A stretch of 62,123 nucleotides of DNA, counting the filler, from Nemertoderma westbladi (taxonomy: Eukaryota > Animalia > Xenacoelomorpha), in NCBI GenBank assembly GCA_032718475.1. It is 3 parts of 3 records of this genome, joined end to end, with 100 filler letters (N's around TTAATTAATTAA, not from the genome) between each part and the next. Parts side by side here need not be neighbours in the genome. Positions count along the whole stretch, not along the records: positions 1 to 29,040 come from JAUCBJ010006220.1; 2 more parts are not named here. One strand, given 5' to 3'. This document shows, piece by piece, positions 13,702-25,255 of the stretch. The translations under genes were made by a program, and so were the position numbers. Position 1 is the first letter of the stretch. Each line of letters starts with the position of its first letter. The notes under the pieces are model-generated. The model made no database searches. It was not told the DNA's origin and was given only the letters and a program-made list of their open reading frames with translations.

Positions 13702-16468
13702 ATGGATAATGGGAGTAAATTCAACAGGAGAATGTGTTCGGCTAGGTGTCACAGCGAGGAACGACCATATGGAAGGATGTATTCCACATCTGGGAAACAA
13801 CTCAAACGTTCATTAGTTAGAGAGATGACTGATATTGGTTTGCTCCCAAATCGTGCAGCATATGTGTGCGATGGATGCGTTTCACTGCATTTGGCAGCAT
13901 TGGTAAGAATTATTGTTAATCATGATCAGGCGAATAATTCTTCAAGCGAGACTAAACTGCAAGAGGATGAAAACCCGGCTCCAAATGCGACATACACCAT
14001 GGCCGCTTCTGTTGAAGATAGTTTCGAAATCGACCTCGCTGCTTCTTTACGACGCGATGCTGCTATTCTCGCATCCACTTCGCAACATATAAATACTCTG
14101 GATGACTTGACAGATTATGATCCTGAAGAATTAATCCATCAAGGGAAACTTAGAGATTTTTTGTTTAAATTATGCGGAGTCTACGTGAGCCAAACAACGA
14201 GCTTCAGCTGTGGTAATTCACAAGACATCCGTTTGAGAATAATAGCGGTAAAGATATATGAGTTGCTTCTGACATCAACTAATAAACGCTACTGTGGCAA
14301 AGAAGCCACTTTAGAGAGTATTGCCTGTTATTCTGTTGATAATTCGAAATTGTCTCAAGAAGTACAAGGCAATTCATTAGCCCACCCAAGTTACAAGAAA
14401 ATTATTCAGCTCCTTAAAACTTCATCATCTTTAGACTCTAAATTTTCGAAATCCGGTGATACTCTTGTAGTGGGCGATAGCAACCAGTTTGTTGGGAAAA
14501 CATACCATGTTTATACACAAGGAGCGCAACCTGTAACCAAGGTCTGCTCAGTGGTGTCAATGGTGCAGCGTCTCAGCACCCTTCAATATGAGTCACTTAA
14601 TTACATAACTCTTCAGAATGACGAAATTAATAAATCTGTTTCAAATCTGTTTTCCCGATATAAGTTATTTAAGCAACTTACAGGGTGCTACATTATTGGA
14701 GAATTGAGTGCTCTAAAGAAGAACAACAGCTTTTTATTTAATGATAAATCATATTCAAAGTTACTGGAGTTTGCCATAGAACGAAAAGTACTGGATCATC
14801 ATAAGTGTGAAATTCATTTCTCCGATATTATTGTTCACGAACCTTTAGCCGAAGATCCTGGGAGTGCTGCGGCTGTCAAAAGGATGGCAGATACCATTGT
14901 AAATATGGCCGAAGGTTCGAAGCGGAAATGTGTTGCTCTGGGAATGAATGGTCTCCCATCATCACTGATGTTAACGACATTAGCTGATAATCCAAACTGG
15001 GTGGAGAGCCTGCTTCTTATACCAGGTTATGCACATATGGAACATACGATGCTAAAGGCTGTTATATCGGCGGGTTGGGAACTACTGTTTAGAGATTTTG
15101 CCCATCTTAACGGTTTCAATACTGAGAAGGCATTGCAGTATTTTAAGGATGCTAAGGACCACCACAAGGCCTGGGAATCTGTCGTGATTGTTCTCACTGG
15201 CGTTGTCGATTCTGTTCTCGAGTTATTCTTAGAGAATCTGTAGGAAATAACTCAGGAAGATGACATTATTACAAAACTGAAGACATATATGGGGGAAACT
15301 AAAAATGAGGCATTAGTTGCAACATTCGATTTTGCAGTAACGTTTTTGCTGTCTGCCGCTGTTATGCGCATAGGTAAGTAATTTATAATGTTGTATTAAA
15401 TTGTAAATGAATTGTAATGTTGAATTAAATTTCAAAGTAATTTTCATGACATTAATTTTTTATACTAGGTAGTTTTGGCTAATATTTTCAAAAAAGTCTA
15501 ATTTTTTAACCATAACCACCACTTAAATAATTATTATGCGTGTGAGCGTGTGTAGGTGAATCCGGGGGGTGTGGAGGGGGGGGAGGGGGAGAGCGCCCAC
15601 GCTCTGAAATATTTGACAATTTCAGTGTACTTATAATATCAGAATATGTAAAAAAGCAAAAGGTCAATTTCAAATTTAAACAAAACCACTAATAAATCAT
15701 GAAACAACCCTAGTTACAAGGATACTGGATACATTCCAGAAAATGTTCCACAATGTGGTGTTTTTATTAAATAGAATAAACTAGCGGTGCAAACTAGTGT
15801 TTAAACGGGATCAGACTTTTCGGGATCGGGACCGGGATTATATTTCCTGCATGTGTTTTTACTTTATTATTATGTTATTGTTATTAGGAATCCGACGAAA
15901 CCACCCTGATCTTGTCATTGCTGCCATCGTCAAGTTCGGAGCGCTTTTTTACACGAGAGGACACGTGCATTACCAGAAAATTTGCGCCTATTTTCTATCC
16001 CAACTTCTACGCTTGGAACCGAATGTTTTATCATATTTTATATGCCATATTAGCTTCAAACGCAAATTAACATCTTCTAATGGAGAAGCTGCGGATTATG
16101 TGTTAGAAGGGGTCCATAAAATGATGAAATCATTTCATCCGTCGGGGGTTCCTAGAGATATGGATCGGTGGAGACAGTTATATGGGCTAGTTGGTGATGT
16201 TTCTGATTTAAGGAATACGTTATTTAAATATTCGCCCCAGAATACTTTACTAAATAATACCGATAACTTCCATGGTGAAAAAGAATCCACGTCAGCGGAA
16301 CAACAAATGGGCGAATGTTTGATAAATTGGAAGAAGTGGTTCAGCACCTCCGTAGCTTGTACAGCAATTGAGAACCACAGAAATAAACTGTCAACCAAGT
16401 TTGGAAAACTTGAATCAATTGTGAAACTTTTTCTCCCGATTATGGGGTATATTCGAACGAAAAAGTAA
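13702..16468 (+). pseudogene. Two-exon (13702-15373, 15888-16468) ~750-codon DUF6589-like putative DDE transposase/recombinase with one in-frame TAG
   Basis: ATG at 13702. The frame continues past TAG 15241-15243 to a donor ATAG|GTAAGT at 15373/15374. The acceptor TTATTAG|GA at 15887/15888 is phase-1 compatible and gives ...AVMRIGIRRNHPD... Motifs: CxxxCH...CxxC, GDSNQ, GMNGLP, PGYAHME, DHHK, GHVHY and GEAADYVLEGVHK. Confidence 0.72.
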
Positions 16469-16829
16469 TAATTTAAGAATAATAATGTTAATATTAATAT
16501 ATTTTAATGTTTAAGATAAACATATTTCCATGTAAACATGTTTCATATTTCCAAAAAGTTAAGTGTAATTACGTTTTATAATAAATCTCGGGGTCGCCTC
16601 TAGGCCTGAAATTTAAAACACAAATATCGTGTTAAACGTAATATCCTTTCCTCTCTTCTTTGATTTATTCTTGCGGTTTGGTTAAATTTCTTAAATACCG
16701 ATTTTGTGATAGAATTGCTCAATTTTAATCTGTCAATCTGTGTATAGAATGCGTTATGCACATAGTAATTCGGACATGTGTATCAAATTTAATTTATATT
16801 TGGTTATGTACACATCCACCATATATTAG

Positions 16830-17100
16830 TAATAATTATAGTTCATTATAGTTCACATAATTAATATGCATAGTAGAGTTAATATGCATAATTAATATGC
16901 ATATAGTTCATAATTGGTAATTAATATGCATTGTTCATAATAATTGGTACAATGGTAAATTACAATTGTACCAATTATTATTATTAATATATAGTATTAA
17001 TATTATTACACTGGTAATTAATATGCATAGTTTATAATAATTGGTACAATGGTAATTAATATGCATAGTTCATAATTGGTAATTAATAATTATAGTTCAC
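16830..17100. repeat. AT-rich degenerate tandem repeat (ATAATTGGTACAATGGTAATTAATATGCATAGTTC-like)
   Basis: taatatgcatag and ataattggta recur many times between the two convergent genes. Confidence 0.75.
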
Positions 17101-17877
17101 AATCATATCTTGGTATCGTTTATTTTTTTCTTTCACCCCTGCTGGGTTCGCGGCTGACTGTCTTCCCAACAGTTCAGTTTCTGCATCCCTCACTCTGAGC
17201 CACCTGCTTCTTAGCTTCTTTGCAGCGTCGAGTGGTAATTTGTCGTTCTCCAAGCGTGAGGCTACACAAAGCTGGCAAAACCACTCAAGCTGTTCTAACC
17301 AAGTGGCTTCACTCTCAGCGCCTGGGGTTGTCTTCAAATTTCCAATTCCAGCGCAAACCTTATGTGCCCAGACATTGCAAGTATCTCCGCAACAGCCAAT
17401 CCAAATTGGCAACAGCACCTTCTTTGCTTTGGGGAATCTAAAATCTTCCTCACTGCCATAAACCACATCACAGAATGAGCTTACATTTTCACTCGCCAGC
17501 GTCAACCGTTTGTTCAATTTCGGTTTTCTAGGTGAAAAATTGAGTCCGATTTAATCCATATTGTCCGCCTTGGTGGTAAGGCGAACAACGGTGGTGTTTG
17601 GTGTTAGGGTGGAGTTGTTAGACTCATCGCGACCGCCATTTCCAGTAATTGACTCAACTGATTTTAATACTGACTTTACACCGTGCTCCTTCACGGCTGC
17701 CGCCAAAGGTTCAAAATCAGTTCCACAGTTGTAAACTCTATCATTCATATTCCCTGAATGAATCATCGCTATTACACTTTCCCCAGTCTTTACGAAATGA
17801 TTGCCGCACAGATTTGCGAACATGCGAAATTCTTTCTGTAATTCCTTCCTTTTTTTAATAAAAATTGTACGTAACAT
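17083..17877 (-). pseudogene. PHD-finger protein gene (~265 codons) with one in-frame TAA at 17551-17553
   Basis: ORFs 17551..17877 and 17083..17517 are in the same frame, 33 nt apart. The PHD pattern is (S)xxC...WIGC...C..WAHxxC...WFCxxC, with the first Cys replaced by Ser. Confidence 0.75.
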
Positions 17878-18619
17878 CTTGGAGTGGATACTAGCAATTT
17901 TCTTCCCTAGCTGCTAGCAAACCCCCGCTTCTTTTGTTGGGGGCTGCCGCAGCCAAACCCCGGCATTTTCCTGTGCCCGTCGTGGTGAAAGACTTTGAGA
18001 CCGTTTTGAAATAATCAATTCATGTTTGTATCATCAGATAATAAATTGACTAAGTAGGAGTAGGAGTACTAAAGTACGAGCTGTATTGAATGTTAACCAA
18101 ATTAATATATAAATTACAACAATATTATATGATTCAACAAAATCCTATTAAAAATATTGCAAGTAACCAGGAAATTTAACATGTAGTGTGTATAATATCT
18201 ATATATTATATAGTACGTATAGTAATATGTATATCAATATGAAATGATGAACACAGAATACAGGTCGACGCATGTCAATTTTACCCTGGAGAGCTATAAT
18301 TTTGATTGCAAATAAAATATTCATCCCCATCTGCTACAATTTGAAGAAGACTATTACATAATAATACCTATAATTAAAACAATTAATTTATAATTCTATA
18401 GTTAATAAAAACAGTATATCATTCGGGGAATGGAATTTTAGGTCATCTAATTAATTGTTGAAAGATTAGCAAACAATACGATGTAATTGCATTGATAAAA
18501 CCCATAAATAAATTTTGGATATAAAATGTAAAATCGGGATGCAAAAGATCATTGGGGTGATACAAGCGGTCCGTTTACCTTACAAAATGAAAAATACGAA
18601 TGTGCGAAGTTAAGAACAG

Positions 18620-18760
18620 TCGGGGGGGGGGGAATTGTCTGGGGGGGAAGTGTCTGGGGGGGAAGTGTCCGGGGGGGAAGTGTCCTACTTGAGCGGGGGG
18701 AACTGTCCGGGGGGTGAAGTGTCCGGGGGGGAAGTGTCCGGGGGGAAGTGTCCGAACACC
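18620..18760 (-). repeat. 15-16-bp GGACACTTCCCCCC subterminal repeat array (MULE/foldback-type transposon end)
   Basis: About 8 copies of ggggggaagtgtcc ending in ...gtccgaacacc. The same motif occurs in the opposite orientation at 32619-32781. Confidence 0.7.
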
Positions 18761-19009
18761 AGCCAGTTGATATCCAGACCAGCCAGGTGCGGGCTGGTGT
18801 TTCTATGAACTGGCTGGAAAAAAGTGAGATTTCATCTGGCTGCACAAAACCTCTAACTGGCTGACTGTACCTTACTGATCTGCAGGCCTCTGCTGGGGTG
18901 TGGGAATCGCAAATTTAACAAACAGGCAATTCAAACACCGAAAGATCAGAAGTAGCTTACTTCTGACTTCTGTAGGACTACTGGTCTGCTGCTCTGATTT
19001 AGATCTTTC

Positions 19010-19312
19010 CGAACTTAGGTCCTATCTGGGTGAACTTAAATCCTAGCAAGGGAACTTATATCCTAACTAGGTGAACTTAGATCCTAACTAGGTTCACTTA
19101 GATCCTAACTAGGTGAACTTGATCCTAACTAGGTGAACTTAGATCCCAATTTATGCTATTAAAAGCCTTTGGTAATCATCATGCTAGTCGCAAAGCGAAC
19201 TTAGATCCCACGTTGAAAGCAAAGCGTACTTTGATCTTAGGTAGACTTAGATCCCAATTTAAACAATTTCCTTAGCACACGCTAGAGGAGAAGCGAACTT
19301 AGATCCCACGTG
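19010..19312. repeat. Array of GAACTTAGATCC-containing 19-21-bp repeats
   Basis: At least 10 copies of (g)aacttagatcc(t/c)a, some with the aactaggtg spacer. Confidence 0.8.
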
Positions 19313-19755
19313 TACTGTGCGTTGGCCGCGTTCTATCGATATTATAGTGTATATTGTACTGTGTTTCATTAAGCATATAAAACTACTTATAATGATCTAA
19401 TGCAAATAAGTCATACTGTCATACACTCAAAGTAGTTGCAATCAGTGACTCACCAACAAACTGTGAAAGCAAGGCAAAATACGTCGGATTTTAAAAGTTT
19501 TTTACGTAGTTACTAATATACAAATAGCAACCTAACAGTGAAATATTTCCACAAAATATTCGAGAACACAAAATCATTTTAACATTGAATAAGGCAGCAT
19601 CAGGAGTTGAAGAGTACAATAATTTGAATCGCAGTAACTATGGAAGCAATATAGTAAAATACTACAGTTAAATTTATTTTGTAACACTATAGCGCTCTAT
19701 ATTTTATTAACGAATTAAGCAACAAAAAAGTATCAATTTAAGAATACAATTACGT

Positions 19756-19889
19756 ATTACATGGGGACAAAGACGTAGAACATTTTTTCTTCAATATTCT
19801 CTCGACCCTTTATTAACCTCGCTGGCGCTCGGTAAATAAAATGCCTTGAGAATAATGAAAAAAAATTATACTTTTTTTCCCATGTAATA
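19756..19889. mobile_element. Palindromic MITE
   Basis: The arms tattacatggg...tattctc and gagaata...cccatgtaata surround a central cctcgctggcgctcgg. Confidence 0.7.
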
Positions 19890-19911
19890 AATAATTATTT
19901 TGTAGCACCAA

Positions 19912-22140
19912 TTCACAAGAGAAGTTATTTTGCGTTCGCGGATCTGAGCTATGATGGCCCGCTTTATTGACTTCTTTCGACCCCGTAGAGTAGCCTCGGC
20001 GACAAACTCAACAATAATTTCTAATTATGCTCCTAGGTCACTCCTACCAAATTTCAGATGGAATCTGATGGTTGGTTCTACAATTACACAGCTACAGTAC
20101 CTCTACGATTCTGTCACAGAACTTTAAAGGAACTTTAAAATCTGTCTGAATTTAGAATTTCTAAATAAGCAATGCTTGTAGGTGTAGGTCACTCTTACCA
20201 AATTTCAAGAAGATATATCAACCATACATAAAATATGTTCAAACAAAAATAATGCATTATTAAAACTTTTATTATTTTAGTTTGGTTAACTGTGGTAATT
20301 ACATTGCAAGTCTTACAATTCATGTTACTATTCATGTCATTTTTTGAGAAAGTTTGACTGGCCCATTTGTTTCAAAATTGATTTATTAAATTAAATGAAC
20401 GGGAAAAGCCACCTTTACTATCATAAAGACTGAGATGATTTACATTAGGGCCACAAATATACATCTTTAACAGTGGCCTTTTGCATCCAAATTGATCTTA
20501 CCAATAAACTGAGCTGAAAAAGGGCCAGAATGAAATACAATGAGCTTAACAGCATTAGGGCCATACTGTAGCGCCATGGAGATATTTATGGATAAGGCTC
20601 TTTAGAGCTAGAACATAGTAACGAATAACGAACATAAGAACTATAAAAGTCCGTCTAGGCATAGAATTTCTAATTATGCAATTCTCCTTGTTCACTCCTA
20701 CCAAATTTCAGATGAATCTGATGGTTGGTTCTATAATTACACAGCTACTTCTACGTTTCTGTCAATTCGCCCCCATAGCGGCAGACAGGTGAACTTTAAA
20801 GTCTGTCTGTGTGTAGAATTTCTACTTAAGCAACGGCGATAACCGCCCGTTGATGACATGGGAACTTGAAAGTCTAACCGTACAGGACATAAAATATGTA
20901 CAAACAAAAATAATGTTTATTAAAATCTACATTATTTTAGTTTTAGGTTAACTGAGGTAAATATTACATTGCAAGTCTTACAAATCATGTTACTATTCAT
21001 GTCATTTTTTTTGAGAAAGTTTGACTGGCCCATTTGATTCAAAATTGATTTATTAAATTAAATGAACGGGAAAAGGGCCACCTTTACTATCATAAAGAAT
21101 GAGATGATTTACATTAGGGCCACAAATATACATCTTTTACAGTGGTCTTTTGCATCCAAATTGATCTTACCAATAAACTGAGCTGAAAAGGGGCCAGAAT
21201 GAAATACAATGAGCTTAACAGCATCAGGACCATACTGTAGCGCCATGGAGATATTTATGGACAAGGCTCTTTAGAGCTAGAACATAGTACTGTAACGAAC
21301 ATAAGAACTATAAAAGTCCGTCTAGGCATAGAATTTATAATTATGCAATGCTCCTTGTTCACTCCTACCAAATTTCAGATGGAATCTGATGGTTGGCTCT
21401 ATAATTACACAGCTACTTCTACGATTCTGTCAATTCGCCCCCTAGCGGCAGACAGGGGAACTTTAAAGTCTGTCTGAATTTATAATTTCTAAATAAGCAA
21501 TGCTTGTAGGTGTAGGTCACTCTTACCAAATTTCAAGAAGATATATCAACCATACATAAAATATGTTCAAACAAAAATAATGCTTATTATTTTTACTTTT
21601 ATTATTTTAGTTTGGTTAACTGTGGTCATTACATTGCAAGTCTTACAGTTCATGTTACTATTCATGTCATTTTTTGAGAAAGTTTGACTGGCCCATTTGT
21701 TTCAAAATTGATTTATTAAATTAAATGAACGGGAAAAGGGCCACCTTTACTATCATAAAGAATGAGATGATTTACATTAGGGCCACAAATATACATCATT
21801 TACAGTGGCCCATTTGCATCCAAATTGATCTTACAAATAAACTGAGCTGATAAAGAGCCAAAATGAAATACAATGAGTTTAATAATTATAAGAATGAAGA
21901 GAAATAAGATAGGGCCATTGAGGTATATAGGTACACTATACCTATATATATAGATATACAAGTTGGCCCTTTCGCTCGTTTTTTCATCTTTATGTATGTA
22001 TATTAAAATGGTATATGTAGGAACATATATACACAAGATATGTAGATATATTAATGGCCCTTTTTACTTCCAATCTGTGTTATATAGGTACATAATACCC
22101 TTCATTTCAAAGATACATATCTATGGCCCTTTAGGCCGAA
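19912..22140. mobile_element. Helentron-associated-like element with three ~660-bp tandem units
   Basis: ctcctaccaaatttcagatg(g)aatctgatggttgg recurs at ~20041, ~20695 and ~21362. There is a terminal ggccctttaggcc hairpin at ~22125 and a CTCF-like cgccccctagcgg at ~21436. Confidence 0.65.
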
Positions 22141-22164
22141 CGTACATATATATATATATAAGCA

Positions 22165-23484
22165 ATGTGGGGCGAGCCACGAAGTTGGCGGAGCCTTAGC
22201 GAATTGACACTGTTAGGGGGTGGGTCAATTTATGCAAATAGTTGTCGTCGTCGTCGTTGTCGTCGTCGTCGTTGTCGTCGTCGTCGTCGTCGTCGTTGTC
22301 GTCGTCGTCGTCGTCGTCGTCGTTACGATTTTGACATGCTAATAACTTTGTCGGATTTAAAGCTGCCAAGTTGAAAATTTGTAGGTATCAATATGAGCAA
22401 AAGTTGAGATTTTTGAGAGACTTTCAGACACCATCAGTGCAATGGTCTCCCGCTAGAGGGCCACATGTCTAAACATTAAATGCCCTCCCATTTCTTTGCT
22501 TTTAATCCGTTTAAGCTGAAACTTGGCAGATATGTATTAGACCATTAGCTGTGACTTTCAAAGGAGGCGAATCCATCTGCAGTTCTCCAGTCTGCCGCTA
22601 GAGGGCCAAAGGTCTGAAAATGAAATCGTTGTCGTCGTTACGATTTTGACATGCTAATAACTTTGTCGGATTTAAAGCTGCCAAGTTGAAAATTTGTAGG
22701 TATCAATATGAGCTAAAGTTGAGATTTTTGAGAGACTTTCAGACACCATCAGTGCAATGGTCTCCCGCTAGAGGGCCACATGTCTAAACATTAAATGCCC
22801 TCCCATTTCTTTGCTTTTAATCCGTTTAAGCTGAAACTTGGCAGATATGTATTAGACCATTAGCTGTGACTTTCAAAGGAGGCGAATCCATCTGCAGTTC
22901 TCCAGTCTGCCGCTAGAGGGCCAAATGTCTGAAAGTGAAATCGTTGTCGTCGTTATGATATTGACATGCTTATAACTTTGTCGAATTTAAAGCTGCCAAG
23001 TTGAAAATTTGTTTTGTTGAAAATCAGTTCAACAGTCACCCGCTATAGGACTACTTTATGCCTGAAAGTGAATAGATTCTCCCGTCTCATTGATTTTAAT
23101 CAGTTTAAGCTGAATCTTGCCATATATTCTGGACCACATGCTGCGTCTTTGTGGGGGGGGGGAGATTTAATCGGTCTGCCGCTATACGACGAAATTTCTG
23201 AAAGTGAGATTCGTCTCTCATTTCGTTATCCGTTATTCAAGATGAAACTTGGCCGATGTACGTATGTACTATTCATCCATAGGCTGTGTCTTTGTGGGGC
23301 TGGAGACCCTAATCCATCTTCAGTTCTCACTATACCGCTAGAGTCAGAAATGTCTGAATAGAAATGAAAGAGGTAAAAAGTGATTAGGCGAAATCTGCTT
23401 AAAATTTGCTAACACAGTAATACTTTCGAATTAGTACTTAAATTAAATTTAAGTCACGTGCTGCGCGAAGACCCCACTTCGTGT
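22165..23484 (+). mobile_element. Helentron-associated (DINE-1/pearl-like) non-autonomous element, copy 1
   Basis: The 5' end gtggggcgagccacgaagttggc is partly complementary to the 3' end ccccacttcgtg. It contains a (GTC)n microsatellite at 22242-22323 and ~315-bp tandem units. A near-identical inverted copy lies at 38241-39695. Confidence 0.8.
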
Positions 23485-23929
23485 AGATATATATGTACTA
23501 GACTTCAAAAATAAATTTAAACTTTTATAACTAAGAATTAAGCAATAGACTATACCATAACCACGGATATGCAAAAGTAACTGAGTTTGTGCATATGTAT
23601 GTGTGTGTTTATTATGTAATGTATTGTACATATGCGAAATACAAGTTCAATTGGTTGTTGACATTAACAATTGACATAATTGTCATAGTTATATCAGTAA
23701 ATAGTAGTATATAGTGCGTATATAGTTATATATCTTTCAGTAGAACGGTTAAGAAATATATATATACTATTTCAGACTATTTCAAAGATATATATAGGTA
23801 ACTATTTGATACTGTATAATCAAAACGAATTGAAGTAAAAATCTCAGAAATATACGGTTCCACAATATATATGTACCGGTATAATTTAAGTAAAATACGT
23901 GATGGATAAAAGGTTCTGAAAAATTGCTG

Positions 23930-24320
23930 AAATCAGGTTGCTTCCTCCAAAAGACACATCTTTCTAATTGGTCTCTTGTAGACACCAACAGGAGTTTTGT
24001 CTTTGGCGGATCGAACCAATCCAGATTTATCTGGGAACATCTTTATGATTCTACCTCACTGCACCCCATGAGTTTCGAGGTAGAATATCTTCATGAAGAA
24101 GGGCAACGTCATCGACCTGGAGATTTCCACGTTTTCGATGCCACTTGTGATGAGTCTGGATCGTGCTGACATACTCCCTGATCCACTTATTCCAGAAGTG
24201 GTTTGATATAAGTTGCGCCTGTCTCCAGGTCCGGCGAGAGTAGGTGTCACTGTCGTTAAATGGTCCAGGAGAGTAATTATAGGTAGGATGTTGGATAAGT
24301 AATTGGCTAAAGAAGCATGA
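23930..24320 (-). mobile_element. BEL/Pao LTR retrotransposon integrase C-terminal fragment (DUF5641-like)
   Basis: The translation RRTWRQAQLISNHFWNKWIREYVSTIQTHHKW...NLQVDDVALL...PRNSW matches the typical BEL/Pao C-terminus. Confidence 0.85.
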
Positions 24321-24881
24321 TCTTACCGTTGTAGTTTCAAATTTATTCCCGTTTTTTTTATAACTCTTTATAAATGGGTTAAAATTAAAACTAAGATACT
24401 GCTTTGATAAGTATGCAATCGGCCTATTGCACTTGGTGAGACTGAGAAAGTTTTGTAACGCCCTCAAGACAGTTTATGTAGCCATATTGGTAATTTTATT
24501 TCGATTAACTTGAATGAAACTTTCGTCTTCTAAAACTTTTTGAGATGTGCGAGCAAACACATTGTCATCTTCACTTTCAAACACAGAAACATCATTAATG
24601 ATCTCTCCCCAATCTACATTGTTAACCAGGTATTACGTGGCCTGCCTCCGCCCCCCTTAATTGAAAGCACACATAAAAAGCAAACAAAAACTACAAATAT
24701 GTAAATTTCGTGTTTTTTTACGTCAGTGTTTGTAACACTGGATATCATAAAAACTAACTACCATTTATAAATTTCGATCAGTAAATAAAACGTAGGTTAT
24801 TAACATACATTTTATTAAACATTTATTTTAAAAAACGTCAAGAGAAACATTCAAGAAAGAGTAGATTTAATTTTTCAGTAA

Positions 24882-25255
24882 AGGCCTCTGTTTACACGTG
24901 GCAACTTTTAGATCAACTTTCTCGGCAACTTGTAGAGAAACCCAGGTTGCCGATCAAGTTGCTCCGTGTAAACACGTAAAAAAGTTGCTGTAAAAGTTGC
25001 TCAACTTTTACGGCAACTTGAAGGAATTTGCGTTGGCGAATTAAAGCGGGATAATCAAATTAAATTATCAAAAACTAGCTAGTAGATAAAATCACCCACT
25101 ATTTTACAGTCAAACTAGCCAAGTTGCTCAAAAAGTTGCCGGCCAAGTTGCTGGTAAAATTGTCACGTGTAAACAGCGATTAAATTAAGTTGCTCCAAAA
25201 AAGTTGCTAGTTGCCGAGAAAGTTGCTATAAAAGTTGCCACGTGTAAAAAGGCCT
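24882..25255. mobile_element. PIF/Harbinger-type MITE
   Basis: TIRs aggcctctgtttacacgtggcaactttt / aaaagttgccacgtgtaaaaaggcct, TWA-like flanks, and internal AAGTTGC subrepeats. Confidence 0.8.

Noticed and set aside
17083-17877. Calling this gene RAG2 and the partner RAG1
   Set aside because: No kelch repeats are visible and there is no recognisable RAG1 sequence identity. Only the layout and motif order are analogous.
18549-18845. Pro-rich (and at 32544..32846 Gly/Cys-rich) repeat proteins
   Set aside because: These are translations of the 15-bp subterminal repeat arrays.
22165-22374. Protamine-like Arg/Cys-rich ORF
   Set aside because: It is a translation of the (GTC)n microsatellite inside a repeat element.
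23014-23361. ORF duplicated at 38364..38585 as a possible gene pair
   Set aside because: It lies in the degenerate units of the non-coding repeat element and has no protein motifs.
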